Assembly (NCBI GenBank): GCA_040326155.1
Contig: JBEQLE010000001.1
Span: forward strand, 64,001 to 128,000
Length of the DNA stretch: 64,000 nucleotides
Direction: 5' to 3'
Origin: Leptospirales bacterium
GTDB lineage: Bacteria; Spirochaetota; Leptospiria; Turneriellales; JAOUFE01
Under the pieces are notes generated by a model. The model was not told the origin of the DNA and searched no databases. It worked only from the letters and a program-made list of their open reading frames with translations. The translations under genes and the position numbers were made by a program. Below, in pieces: positions 21,530-31,805 of this stretch. The stretch's first letter is position 1, and each line of letters begins with the position of its first letter.

Positions 21530-23650
21530 TCAGTCAGTTTTTTGCTCCATTACAAATTTACAAGCGGGATTTTGACAAGTGAGCGTTATTCCGCTTTTTT
21601 TAACTTTTTGTCCCATAATGGATTCGCATTGCGGACAACTCTGCTGCGAGGGTTTGTCGAGCATTGTAAATTCACATCCGCTGGAAGCATAGTTTTCACA
21701 ACCGTAAAACTTACGCCCTTTTTTCGAAGCTTTAGAAACAACATTACCAGCACACAATGGACATTTACCGAGTGGAATACTTTCGGTATATCGACATCCC
21801 CCTGCGAAATTTGCACAGCCTATAAAATAGCCATTTTTTCCAAGCTTTTTTTGCAGGGCATTACCACAGTCAGGACAGTCTCGACCGATGGGTATGCGAA
21901 TAATATGTGACATATCCGGCATACTTTCCCCGGCAGCTTTCAGAACATCCTGAAAGGGAAAGAAAAAATCACCAAGCATTTTTTTCCAGGCAATTGTCCC
22001 CTTGGCGACATCATCCAAAGTCTCTTCCAGGTTTGCTGTAAACTCCAGATCTACAATATCAGCAAAATGGTCTTGCAAAAGACCGCTGACAAGCATACCA
22101 AGCTGGGTGGGTAAAATTTGTCTGCCTTTTCTTTCGATATAAGATCTTTTATCGAGAGTCGCCATAGTCGGAACATACGTTGCAGGACGTCCAATACCTG
22201 ACTCTTCCATTTTACGAATAAGAGAGGCCTCTGTATAACGCGGCGGTGGCTGGGTAAATTTTTGCATTTTTTCAAAAGTGTGAATTTCCAGAGCCAGCCC
22301 CGGTTCAAATTTTGGTATATGCTCTTTTTTATTTTCCCCAGATGGAAAAACAGCGCGATAACCGGGAAAAGTCTGTCTACCTGAAGAGAACCGAAACAGA
22401 TACATTTCATCATTCGATAAAACTTCAATGGTTACCAGTTCATCTACACCCGTAGTCATTTGCGAACCGACAAAACGCTTCCAGATTAAATCGTACAGCT
22501 TGAACTGATCTCGGCTTAAATATTGCGAAATTGAAGCCGGGGTTCGCATTACATCGGTCGGGCGAATTGCTTCGTGAGCGTCCTGGGCCGATTTTTTTGA
22601 CGCATATATATTTGCTTTTTCGGGAAGGTATTCAGACGAAAATTTTTCTTTAATATAACTTCTAGCCATTCCCAGACCGGCTTCTGAAATTCTTGTCGAA
22701 TCTGTTCTCATATAGGTGATTAAACCGGTTGGTCCGCCTTCACCCAGATCGACACCTTCGTATAGACTCTGAGCAACAGACATAGTTTTCTGAGCACGGT
22801 AACCCAGCCGGGTCGATGCGTCTTGTTGCAAACGACTGGTAATATAGGGCGTAGGAGGCTTGCTCTTTCTTTCGGATATTTTTCGAACAGTAGTCGAGAA
22901 TGACTGTTTTAAACAGGTTTCTTCAATATGCTGCGCTGTATCTCCATTGGTGATGTTTACTTTTTCGCCGCCAACCTGAACAAGCTTAAAAATTACGGCT
23001 TTATCTTTTGCCTTAGCCAGGTCGTGCTCAAAAGTACTTTCTACTTCCCAGAATTCAACGGGTTTAAAATCTTTAATCTCATTTTCTCTGACAGTAATAA
23101 TTTTTAAAGCCGCCGACTGAACACGCCCGGCAGAAAACCTTTTAGAGCTAAATTTTTCTTGCAAAATAGGAGAAATACTGTAACCAACCAGACGATCGAG
23201 CAATCTACGAGCCTGCTGAGAATTCACCATCAACATGTCGATTTCTCTAGGATGGCTGATGGCATCTTTTACGGCCTCTTCGGTAATTTCATTAAATTCA
23301 ATTCTTTGAATATTATCGTTCACGGCTGAGAGGGCCCGTTCAAGGTGCCAACTGATCGCTTCACCTTCCCGGTCAGGGTCAGTCGCAAGTAAGACATTTA
23401 CGGAAGATTTTGCAGCTTTTTTCAATTCGGCTAAATCTTTTCCTTTACCGCGTATAGTTATGTATTGCGCTTCAAAATTATTTTCAATATCAATACCCAT
23501 TTTACTTTTAGGCAGGTCAATTAAGTGCCCTTTTGAGGACTCAATTCTATAGTCCGGTCCCAGAAACTTTGCCAGAGAACGAATTTTTGTCGGGGACTCA
23601 ACAACAATTAACGTTTTAGTTTTTTTTGATTTCTTAGTTTTAGTAGCCAT
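21530..23650 (-). CDS. topA: DNA topoisomerase I
   Basis: VVESPTK, ATDPDREGE, SAGRVQS, ITYMRTDS, C-terminal Cys4 zinc ribbons. Confidence 0.97.
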   Translation of the reverse strand: MATKTKKSKKTKTLIVVESPTKIRSLAKFLGPDYRIESSKGHLIDLPKSKMGIDIENNFEAQYITIRGKGKDLAELKKAAKSSVNVLLATDPDREGEAISWHLERALSAVNDNIQRIEFNEITEEAVKDAISHPREIDMLMVNSQQARRLLDRLVGYSISPILQEKFSSKRFSAGRVQSAALKIITVRENEIKDFKPVEFWEVESTFEHDLAKAKDKAVIFKLVQVGGEKVNITNGDTAQHIEETCLKQSFSTTVRKISERKSKPPTPYITSRLQQDASTRLGYRAQKTMSVAQSLYEGVDLGEGGPTGLITYMRTDSTRISEAGLGMARSYIKEKFSSEYLPEKANIYASKKSAQDAHEAIRPTDVMRTPASISQYLSRDQFKLYDLIWKRFVGSQMTTGVDELVTIEVLSNDEMYLFRFSSGRQTFPGYRAVFPSGENKKEHIPKFEPGLALEIHTFEKMQKFTQPPPRYTEASLIRKMEESGIGRPATYVPTMATLDKRSYIERKGRQILPTQLGMLVSGLLQDHFADIVDLEFTANLEETLDDVAKGTIAWKKMLGDFFFPFQDVLKAAGESMPDMSHIIRIPIGRDCPDCGNALQKKLGKNGYFIGCANFAGGCRYTESIPLGKCPLCAGNVVSKASKKGRKFYGCENYASSGCEFTMLDKPSQQSCPQCESIMGQKVKKSGITLTCQNPACKFVMEQKTD

Positions 23651-23687
23651 AATCTATTTTATACTATCGGACAAAGACGATATTCTT

Positions 23688-24710
23688 TCATTCAAGTTCT
23701 TTCTGATTTAAATAAAAAATCCGAAAATTTAAACTTTCGTCGCCTTTTTTCCAAACCGCCTTTTTATTTTTTTCCAACTCATGAATTTTTTCCATAGCAG
23801 CCTCTTGGACAATTAACCCTTTCTTCGGCGCTTTCGTAGCTATTGCCTGAGCTACTCTCAACCCCTCAAATGATATATCTTTATCTTTGTGTAATATCGC
23901 TCCCGCTTGAATCTCTCTTTCTAGAAATGGATGCGTTCCGGTAAAGTAAACTTTCAATAACCTGTCGAATACTTTTTTTGACAAGTATCCCCTGTAAAAG
24001 TGAGGACCTGCCTCCAGGTATAAAAACATCTTCCGTAGTTTCCGTCCTTCTTTTGTTGAAAACGCATTTTCCGGGTCGTAAGGGTTGCAAACCACATAAA
24101 GTGCAATTAGATCGGAGTTTCCTGTTACGGACCCCAGGTATCGAAAGCCAAAATACAAAAGAAACAAAAACACAACAGCTAAATTTGCATATAGATAATC
24201 ACTGCTTTGCCATATACCGGTATAAAATTTTTTCATTTCGGGCATCGTATATTGAAACTGCCACCGTACTAGATTACTTTCATTTTTTGTGTGGCAAATT
24301 AAACAAGGCTTAGCAGGATGTTCCGTATAGGTAATAAGTTCTGGAGAGAGCTTTTCATAACCGGTTTTTACACTTTCACCGTTTTCCAGTTTATTCGGTA
24401 CAAAACGCGCTTTTGTTTGAATACAATCTTTTGATGCACCCTCATCATCGTTTAACCCGGCACATTGAAACAGAGGTTTCCACACATAAGGCTCGGCTGC
24501 TGAAAGTTTCAAGTTGACCAGCTCTCTTTTTCGAATTTCAAGAGCTCGATAATAGAAAAAACCACTTTTATCGCGTGATTCTTTTTTATAGAGCAGAAAA
24601 ACAACAGCGTTCAGAAGAATAAACACCCCAACCAGAAAAGCCAGAAACGTTTTTGGCCAGAAGGAAGGGTGAAATAACCAATTTTTCCAAACTCTGGTCG
24701 CAGCCCACAC
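23688..24710 (-). CDS. Two-TM membrane protein with periplasmic CxxCH motif and possible degenerate cyclase-like cytoplasmic domain
   Basis: TM-[PCLICH]-TM architecture; C-terminal EGLRVAQAIATKAPKKGLIVQE. Confidence 0.6.
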   Translation of the reverse strand: MWAATRVWKNWLFHPSFWPKTFLAFLVGVFILLNAVVFLLYKKESRDKSGFFYYRALEIRKRELVNLKLSAAEPYVWKPLFQCAGLNDDEGASKDCIQTKARFVPNKLENGESVKTGYEKLSPELITYTEHPAKPCLICHTKNESNLVRWQFQYTMPEMKKFYTGIWQSSDYLYANLAVVFLFLLYFGFRYLGSVTGNSDLIALYVVCNPYDPENAFSTKEGRKLRKMFLYLEAGPHFYRGYLSKKVFDRLLKVYFTGTHPFLEREIQAGAILHKDKDISFEGLRVAQAIATKAPKKGLIVQEAAMEKIHELEKNKKAVWKKGDESLNFRIFYLNQKELE

Positions 24711-24713
24711 TAG

Positions 24714-25736
24714 TTATGTTCCTTTCAGAAAAATCTCTAATTCCTTTGCATGGCCATATTTCTGAAGCTTAAGGAGGGTCTTTTTCTCAATCTGGCGAAC
24801 TCGTTCTTTAGATAAACTGAATTCTTTTCCGGCCTGGGTCAACGAAAGTCTTGGTTTATTATTCAATCCAAAACGAAACTCAATAATTGCTTTCTCTGAC
24901 TTGGTAAGTTCTTCGAGTATGGAGTTAATGGCCTCATGCAGGGCAATATTCATCACCTGTGTTTCAGGCGATTCGTATTTATCGTCTTCGATCGTTGACA
25001 TCTGCGTATTTTCAGAGTCGGTTCCAAGAGGCGCATCTAACGATACATAGTCAGCAGAGACTAGTTTCAACCACTTTATTTCGTCTTCAGGAATATCAAT
25101 ACGATCTGCAATCTGAGCAATAGTAGGTTCAACACCCAACTCATGTTCGAGCTCTTTTTGAACCTTCTCAATTCGATTTAAATCGATGGTTCGATTCATG
25201 GGTAGACGTATAATGGACGCTTTTTGATTTATAGCGAGTATAATGGCCTGGCGAATCCACCAGACTGCGTAACTGATAAAATGAAATCCCATATTAGGGT
25301 CAAACCTTTCAGATGCTTTTATTAAACCCATATTTCCTTCGTTAATTAAATCAAGAAGAGAAATACCATATTTCTGGTACTTTTTTGCCACTTGCACCAC
25401 AAAACGCAAGTTTGCAACAATCAAGCGCTCTTTGGCTTTTTCATTACCCGCAATCGCTTGTCTGGCATAAGTATCTTCTTCTTCGCGACTCAATAAGGGT
25501 ATTTTATTAATTTCTTCAAGATACCATTGAATACTGGATTCAGTATAAGGGTGTTTATTTTTTACTGCTTTTTTCCTGGTTTTAGTCGTTTTTTTAGGCT
25601 TTCCAGTATCTTCTTTTTCCTTTATATCTTCTTCAGATACTTCAGACAACCCTTCTACCTTCGAAACAACATCTTTCTTTTTGACTTTTTTAGAGCCGGT
25701 TGTCTCTTTAGTAACATTTTTGCTGCTTTTTTTCAT
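24714..25736 (-). CDS. RpoD/RpoS-family sigma-70 factor with Lys-rich N-terminus
   Basis: ANLRFVV, DLINEGNMGL, FISYAVWWIRQAI, SKERVRQIE; no region 1.1. Confidence 0.92.
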   Translation of the reverse strand: MKKSSKNVTKETTGSKKVKKKDVVSKVEGLSEVSEEDIKEKEDTGKPKKTTKTRKKAVKNKHPYTESSIQWYLEEINKIPLLSREEEDTYARQAIAGNEKAKERLIVANLRFVVQVAKKYQKYGISLLDLINEGNMGLIKASERFDPNMGFHFISYAVWWIRQAIILAINQKASIIRLPMNRTIDLNRIEKVQKELEHELGVEPTIAQIADRIDIPEDEIKWLKLVSADYVSLDAPLGTDSENTQMSTIEDDKYESPETQVMNIALHEAINSILEELTKSEKAIIEFRFGLNNKPRLSLTQAGKEFSLSKERVRQIEKKTLLKLQKYGHAKELEIFLKGT

Positions 25737-25949
25737 TATATTATACCGGAAACTTGACTATACACAATCCAGAACACCAGTTTCGCCTATGGGCGTATGA
25801 TGTAAAGGTATTCTATCGTATCTGTATTCTATTCTCAATTAGACGAAAATAACGCATAATAACCGTGAATATAAGATAATAAATGGAACACCGGTTTTCC
25901 GTTCCTGCTTTACACCCTGTCTATTTGGCGTAATAAAGTTTCAATAGTA

Positions 25950-27038
25950 ATGCACATGGAAATTATAAATAACAAACCGATCTATGGTATAGGAATTGAA
26001 TCAAGTTGCGACGAAACAGGTATTGCAATTAGCCAAAACGGGAATAAAATTCTTGCCAACCCGGTATACACGCAGATTGACTTTCATGCCCAATACGGGG
26101 GTGTCGTTCCTGAATCGGCCAGCCGTCTGCACCTTGAAAAAATTGCGCCGATGCTCCAGGAGAGTTTTTCTACAGCAGGCATTACACCGGACCAACTCTC
26201 GTATGTAGCAGTTACCGTTCGTCCGGGTCTGGTTGGTTCCCTGCTTGTGGGGTATTACACAGCCCGCGCGCTTGCCGATTTTTACGAAATTCCGCTTATA
26301 CCCATCCATCATCTCGAAGCCCATCTATATGCCATTGAAATTGCTGGAATTCCAGTCCAATACCCCTTTCTGGGTCTGCTTCTTTCAGGCGGTAATTCGG
26401 CAATATACAAAGTCGAGGGGCTCTCCAATATAACTACCATGGGAGACACACTTGACGACGCCGCAGGCGAAGCTCTCGATAAAGCGGCCGCGCTGCTGAA
26501 TCTAAGTTATCCGGGAGGGCCGGTCATTGAAAAACTGGCCCGATCGTTTGCGAACAAAGGTGAAGAAAAATTTGACGTCCTCAGAGAAAAAGGTGGGGTA
26601 AGAAACCTGGCTCGTAACCCTTTGCCAAAAATACTGGCAACCCAACCCTCCGACAAATATGAGTTCTCGTTCAGCGGTATTAAAACAGCCCTTTACTATT
26701 TGCTGGAAAAAAAAGAGAAAACGTATACACCAGAACACCTTGCCTGGGCTTTTCAAGAAAGAGTTTTTGAGATCGTACTGCGAAACGTCACAAATGCCCT
26801 CACCAATAAAAAATTTCCCCGACTGGTCGCCGCCGGCGGCGTGCTTGCCAACCAGACGCTAAAAAAACAACTCGCTGAAGCGGCGCAAAAAACCAACACT
26901 GAATTTATTTCCCCCCCACCCGAACTTTGCACCGACAACGGAGCTATGATCGCTGCGCTCGGTTTTCGCTATTTCCAAAATGGTAATTTTGAAAACCTGA
27001 GCCAGGAAGTGACTTCGTCTAAAAAGTGGGGTGTTTAA
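25950..27038 (+). CDS. tsaD: tRNA N6-adenosine threonylcarbamoyltransferase TsaD
   Basis: GIESSCDET, GGVVPE, HHLEAH, DDAAGEA, FSFSGIKT, CTDNGAMI. Confidence 0.96.
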   Translation: MHMEIINNKPIYGIGIESSCDETGIAISQNGNKILANPVYTQIDFHAQYGGVVPESASRLHLEKIAPMLQESFSTAGITPDQLSYVAVTVRPGLVGSLLVGYYTARALADFYEIPLIPIHHLEAHLYAIEIAGIPVQYPFLGLLLSGGNSAIYKVEGLSNITTMGDTLDDAAGEALDKAAALLNLSYPGGPVIEKLARSFANKGEEKFDVLREKGGVRNLARNPLPKILATQPSDKYEFSFSGIKTALYYLLEKKEKTYTPEHLAWAFQERVFEIVLRNVTNALTNKKFPRLVAAGGVLANQTLKKQLAEAAQKTNTEFISPPPELCTDNGAMIAALGFRYFQNGNFENLSQEVTSSKKWGV

Positions 27039-27049
27039 TTGACTGGACC

Positions 27050-27898
27050 TCATGAACCCGCCAACGCATCAATGAGTTTGGCGCAACCACCGTTTTTTAT
27101 ATATTCCGTATGCTCATCGATTGTCTTAAAGTTTTTTCCGGTTATTTCAGAACATAGCATTTCATAGTCGGTCACGCCCTGAAATGTTTTTAATATACGA
27201 TCTGCTTCAGGGTTACGAAACCCTGATTTTATTTTGTTTTGTTCTTTCAGTGTTTTTAGAGAGCGCATCCATATTGCAGCGCTGAGAGCGCCACAGGCAT
27301 TACCGTTTAAACCAAGGCCTCCGGCAAAACCGGCAACCATAACTATTTCCTCATCGCTGGCGCCCATTTTTCTGGCAACTTCAGAAGCGCAACTTATACA
27401 GGTTTTGGGTAAATTTGACTTTTGCGTAGACAACCCTTTCGTCGCCGCCTCGATGGCTTCGGGGGCCCACTTCTCTGACAATTTATAACATCCCAGAGCT
27501 TTTCCGGTCACTAAATATTTTGCTATACTCAAAGGATTTTTAAAATCGGCTTCGGTTATATCGGAGCACTCAACGGTTTTGGTCCTTTTAGAAAAAGATT
27601 CAACTATGTGTTGGGTCGCGGTTAAGGCCAACCCGATTGCCGAGTTAAGACTATCGCTTCTTCGAAAGGCTTCGGCTCCTGCGGCTAAGGTAGCTCCCCA
27701 TAACATACCGCATTGGTACCCTTGCCTCAATATTCCACCCGCTAAATGGTCTGAAGCGCTTTCTGCTTGTTCCTGAACATGCCCAAATTCCCGATTTAAT
27801 ATGTGGAAAAATGCGTGAGAGCAAGTTCCTTTTTTCAGAAATATTTTCTTTGCGTCATTTTTTATTCTAATTTTATTTGTTTCCATTTTTTCCCTCAT
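27050..27898 (-). CDS. Duplicated C-GCAxxG-C-C family putative redox protein
   Basis: Two repeats: GGILRQGYQCGMLWG...CSDIT and GGLGLNGNACGALSA...CSEIT. Confidence 0.8.
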   Translation of the reverse strand: MREKMETNKIRIKNDAKKIFLKKGTCSHAFFHILNREFGHVQEQAESASDHLAGGILRQGYQCGMLWGATLAAGAEAFRRSDSLNSAIGLALTATQHIVESFSKRTKTVECSDITEADFKNPLSIAKYLVTGKALGCYKLSEKWAPEAIEAATKGLSTQKSNLPKTCISCASEVARKMGASDEEIVMVAGFAGGLGLNGNACGALSAAIWMRSLKTLKEQNKIKSGFRNPEADRILKTFQGVTDYEMLCSEITGKNFKTIDEHTEYIKNGGCAKLIDALAGS

Positions 27899-27916
27899 TC
27901 ATCAATCATCAATCAT

Positions 27917-28927
27917 TTAATCAGTCACTGTAATTACGACATGGCCTTTTTTCTTTCCCGCTTCGGCGTACGCGTGAGCTTCGGCAGTTTGCTCCAATGT
28001 AAAACATTTGTCAATAACGGTCTTAATCTTTCCCTGTTCCACCAGCTCTTTAATATACACCAGATCTTCTTGCTTATAGCTAGACATCGCACAAATAACT
28101 TTCTTACTACCAAAAAACTTTGTTCGTAACATTTGAAATATCGGTTTTGTTTTAAAACTTGCCAGCAAATATATTCCATTTTTCTTTAAAGATTTGTTAC
28201 AAGCCGAAAAGGAGCTCTTGCCCAGCACATCGAGAATGATATCATAGGTCTGCCCGTTGGAAGTAAAATCTTCTTTCGTGTAATCTACGACATAATCTGC
28301 TCCGAGCGATTTTATATAGTCTAACCTTGCAGTGCTGCACACCCCGGTAACTTCAGCTCCAAAAGATTTAGCCAACTGGAGAGCGTAACTTCCAATACTT
28401 CCGGAAGCTCCATTAATTAAAATTTTAGAATTTTCCCATTCTATATTTTTAGAATCGAGTTTTCTAAGTACATTCAGGGCCGTTAATGCCCCATAGGGGA
28501 CCGTACATGCCTCTTCAAAAGTCATATTACCCGGCTTTAAAGCCACCAGACCGTCAGCCTTCATGCATATGTATTCTGCATTGGCGCCAAACTTCGCTTC
28601 GGGGTATGCAAAAACGAGATCGCCTTCTTTAAAATTTTTGACATCTTTGCCTACGGCTTTCACCTGCCCTGCCAATTCACTTCCGAGAATATTTATTTTG
28701 GGTTTCCAGACACCAAACACAAGGCGCACCATAGGCAACAAAAATAGAGGCATGTTAAATTGACTGGAGGTTATATTTCCAAAATTCCGTGCGAGCATAT
28801 CGCCATAATTGACAGGCGTAGCATGCACCTTAATTAAAACTTCATTATCTTTCGGAACCGGTTGTTCCACCTCTTCAAGCTTTAGAACCTCCGGGCCTCC
28901 GTATTCTGTGTATACAATTGCTTTCAT
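27917..28927 (-). CDS. NAD(P)-dependent alcohol dehydrogenase / quinone oxidoreductase (MDR family)
   Basis: YGGPEVL, LGSELAG, INGASGSIG, GADYVVDY. Confidence 0.9.
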   Translation of the reverse strand: MKAIVYTEYGGPEVLKLEEVEQPVPKDNEVLIKVHATPVNYGDMLARNFGNITSSQFNMPLFLLPMVRLVFGVWKPKINILGSELAGQVKAVGKDVKNFKEGDLVFAYPEAKFGANAEYICMKADGLVALKPGNMTFEEACTVPYGALTALNVLRKLDSKNIEWENSKILINGASGSIGSYALQLAKSFGAEVTGVCSTARLDYIKSLGADYVVDYTKEDFTSNGQTYDIILDVLGKSSFSACNKSLKKNGIYLLASFKTKPIFQMLRTKFFGSKKVICAMSSYKQEDLVYIKELVEQGKIKTVIDKCFTLEQTAEAHAYAEAGKKKGHVVITVTD

Positions 28928-28961
28928 TTTATACTCCTTAAGTTACAAAATTTTTAAAACT

Positions 28962-29189
28962 TCAATTGACTTTCTCTTCTAAATTATAAGAGAAAACCTC
29001 TTCCAACGGTATGCCAAACACATGAGAAATGCGAAAGGCTAAATCAAGAGAGGGCGAATATTTTCCTTTTTCGATGGCTACAATTGTTTGCCGTGACACT
29101 CCTGCATTTTCCGCCAGTAGTTGCTGGGTCATTTCATCATGGTTAAAACGTAATTTTCGAATGTTATTACTGACAAGATATTTACTCAT
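28962..29189 (-). CDS. XRE-family HTH transcriptional regulator
   Basis: MTQQLLA...GVSRQTIVAIEKGKYSPSL. Confidence 0.92.
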   Translation of the reverse strand: MSKYLVSNNIRKLRFNHDEMTQQLLAENAGVSRQTIVAIEKGKYSPSLDLAFRISHVFGIPLEEVFSYNLEEKVN

Positions 29190-29190
29190 C

Positions 29191-29649
29191 TTAGACTCCT
29201 CTACGATACAAATAGAGTTTTATAATTTCACCCAGTCCATTGCCAAAAAACATAGAGTACATAATGAACAAGAAAACCATAAAAGGCGCAATTCCCAGAG
29301 CGAGTGCCCCCATGGAGCCGACAAATCCGACACCAAAGGCTATAAAAGAGACCTGCATTCCTTTAAGTTCAATCAGTTTGTCGCGCTCATCCGTAACCGA
29401 TTGTACTTTTTCTTTGGTTATTATCGCATAAAAAATATTGAATAGAATGGAAACGGCGATGGTAACTAAGATACTGGCGCAAATCAATACAAAAATAGAT
29501 TTTCCCACAAGGGCGGCCGCACCGGCTCCATCGAAACGCCCTTCCTGGTACATATTAAACATGTACATTCCATAGAGTCCAAATACTATTATAGAGCTGA
29601 TTAAATTTGCGATTGTATTTCTTTCTTGATATGACATTCCGTCCTCCAT
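29191..29649 (-). CDS. Four-TM membrane protein paired with the XRE regulator
   Basis: TM helices, DERDKLIE motif, ends YRRG. Confidence 0.8.
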   Translation of the reverse strand: MEDGMSYQERNTIANLISSIIVFGLYGMYMFNMYQEGRFDGAGAAALVGKSIFVLICASILVTIAVSILFNIFYAIITKEKVQSVTDERDKLIELKGMQVSFIAFGVGFVGSMGALALGIAPFMVFLFIMYSMFFGNGLGEIIKLYLYRRGV

Positions 29650-29690
29650 TTGTCTGGTATTCTTTACTTTTAGTCTAGTTTGACAGACAG

Positions 29691-29732
29691 AATGTAATAT
29701 AAATTATACTATGTGTCAAGTTTTCTTTACAT
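29691..29732 (-). promoter_or_regulatory. Sigma-70 promoter with overlapping palindromic operator for the XRE operon
   Basis: Minus strand TTGACA-17 nt-TACATT; TGTAAAG-AAAA-CTTGACA imperfect palindrome over the -35. Confidence 0.65.
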
Positions 29733-29935
29733 TTGTATTAAAAAACGAAAACATACTTTCTTTTCAAGCCCCTTCTTGCCTTCCTTATAAAAACTCTTTT
29801 CTTACTGATTTTAAGAAATTCAATTTGGAAAATCAGGGGCCTGTATTTCTATAATAAAAAACTTCATTTACACACAATAGCGTTAAACAATACTTTCCAT
29901 CGTCGGGAAGTTGCATTTTCTGGCGTTAACTTAAT

Positions 29936-30220
29936 ATGGTTTTTATAATATCAATAATAACATCTGCCGTTTTAACTTTGTTCTTTGGTTTAAGAGGCCA
30001 GTTCGCAAAAAAAGAGACACAAGTCTATCTGGTAAGAAGTTATATTCTTGGAATAATCTTAATTCCTATCGTTGGCGGCCTTCAAGGCAGTTTTCATTCA
30101 GACGCTTTCAGCATACCCTGGTGGTTTTTTGGGTTAATCAACTTTTTCGCAATAAGTCTAATGGCTGTTATCGCAATCGTAATTTTGAAAATCTTTAGTT
30201 CCGCGCAAAAAGAACAATAG
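29936..30220 (+). CDS. Small three-TM hypothetical protein
   Basis: 94-aa hydrophobic ORF. Confidence 0.6.
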   Translation: MVFIISIITSAVLTLFFGLRGQFAKKETQVYLVRSYILGIILIPIVGGLQGSFHSDAFSIPWWFFGLINFFAISLMAVIAIVILKIFSSAQKEQ

Positions 30221-30495
30221 CCGACACTCTTCCATTCTCGTTTAAATTATTTATCCACTAAAAACGTGATTTCTGGCGGCTTATTTCCTGTTTTGCCCGC
30301 TCCATATCGTATGGGGTGGCGGAGAATCTTTTTTAGTATACTAAAAAAATTCGCAGACAGGGGAAAGAGGAAAGTCGCGCAGAGTAAAGTATTTTTGTTT
30401 GCAAAACAAAAATGCGCATCCCCGCTTTCCCCATTTATGCTTGTTGGTTTTCATCATCGTTTATCGCAAAAAGAGAAAGTAACTGGATCAAATTT

Positions 30496-30620
30496 CAGAT
30501 CTTTAAAAAAATCAGGCCGACGACGTCCCCGGTAGAATCGGGTTGTTAAGGTATTTTATTCCACATGTTCGTACTGCGGAATTCGACCGCGCATCGAACC
30601 GTGAAAATAGTCGGGGTACA
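30496..30620. repeat. 125-bp direct repeat, left copy, flanking the CIS locus
   Basis: Matches 57633-57757 with 5 mismatches and no gaps. Confidence 0.95.
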
Positions 30621-30655
30621 TTTCGAAACTAACTTATATAATTTTTATAAATAAC

Positions 30656-30683
30656 TTGACACACTTCATGAGTGTGGTATATT
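30656..30683 (+). promoter_or_regulatory. Promoter of the CIS operon with palindromic operator in the spacer
   Basis: TTGACA-16 nt-TATATT with extended TG; CACAC-TTCATGA-GTGTG imperfect palindrome. Confidence 0.65.
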
Positions 30684-30749
30684 CGTTTTAGAAAATATTT
30701 ACTTATCATATTCTCCCACCTATAAAATTCGCTTTTAAGGAAGGGTTAT

Positions 30750-31781
30750 ATGCCAGAGATTATATTACCGGGAACATATGTTTCCGTTCGCGATGAGGGT
30801 TTGATAAGCGCCGGTGGTGTGATATCAGGGAATATCGGGGTGGTCGGGACAGCTGCTTCAGGTACTGTTAACAAAGTAGAAATACTGGGTTCTCTTACGG
30901 AAGCCGGAGAAGTTTTTGGGGCCAAAAAAAGTGGTCTCAATTTACTTGATACATTAGAATTGATTTATGGAAACGGCGGCCGCACGGTTTATGCGATACG
31001 CGCCAACAGTGATACTCCGGAAGATTACAAGGCGGCACTTGCGCCGCTCGAAAAAGAGATCGTTAACATCGTTCTTTTGGCGGGTCAAGATTCCTCCCAG
31101 GTTGAGATGGTCGCCGCGCTACAGGGGCACATTGCCTCTACTTCACAGATTAAAAGAGAACGCATTGGTTTGATCGGATGCGCTACCGCAGACGATGTCG
31201 AAACTATAGCGGCTCACCCGCTCAACAGTGAACGCGTGATTTTTGCCGGCCCCGGCATCAAGATCGGGGGAGTTGATTATTCCGGCGCATATACGGCGGC
31301 GGCCCTGGCCGGTCTGCTTTCTTCTTTACCCGTACAGGCAAGCCCGACCAACAAAACGTTAAACGTACAAGGACTGACTGAAGAATTTACTTCATCAGAA
31401 TTAGAGAAGCTCGTTATGAGCCGGGTTCTAGCCGTAGAAAAACGTAAGGGCTATCGTGTAGTCAAAGGGATTACCACTGCAACCAATAGCGCATGGCATC
31501 AGATCACAACTCGGCGTATTATCGACTATGCAACTTACGGAGTACGCTCTTGTTGCGACCCTTATATTGGAAAACTGAATAACGACCGCGTGCGTAGCGC
31601 AATGAAAGCGACCATTGATTCCTTCTTAACGGGGATGGCAGCTGACGAAGCTTTAGTCAGCTATGAATTGGAAGTTGGCGCCACCAGAGCGCAGGAAATT
31701 GCCGGTGAGTGTATCGTCACTATGACACTACGTCCGACATTCAGTATTGATTTCATCAAAGTAACCATGTACCTCGGGTGA
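30750..31781 (+). CDS. Contractile tail sheath protein (compact, 343 aa)
   Basis: LPGTYV start, VVGTA, SPTNK, ITTRRIIDY, YIGKLNNDRVR, LRPTFSIDFIKVT sheath C-terminal motifs. Confidence 0.9.
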   Translation: MPEIILPGTYVSVRDEGLISAGGVISGNIGVVGTAASGTVNKVEILGSLTEAGEVFGAKKSGLNLLDTLELIYGNGGRTVYAIRANSDTPEDYKAALAPLEKEIVNIVLLAGQDSSQVEMVAALQGHIASTSQIKRERIGLIGCATADDVETIAAHPLNSERVIFAGPGIKIGGVDYSGAYTAAALAGLLSSLPVQASPTNKTLNVQGLTEEFTSSELEKLVMSRVLAVEKRKGYRVVKGITTATNSAWHQITTRRIIDYATYGVRSCCDPYIGKLNNDRVRSAMKATIDSFLTGMAADEALVSYELEVGATRAQEIAGECIVTMTLRPTFSIDFIKVTMYLG

Positions 31782-31805
31782 TGGAAAAGGGATAAGGAGT
31801 AACAT

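Noticed and set aside
30277..30376. RNase P RNA motifs CGGCTTAT and GAGGAAAGTC
   Set aside because: Wrong order and spacing; better explained as arms of a local inverted repeat
30266..30535. 89-aa ORF upstream of the sheath
   Set aside because: Runs through palindromes and into the non-coding repeat; no protein-like features
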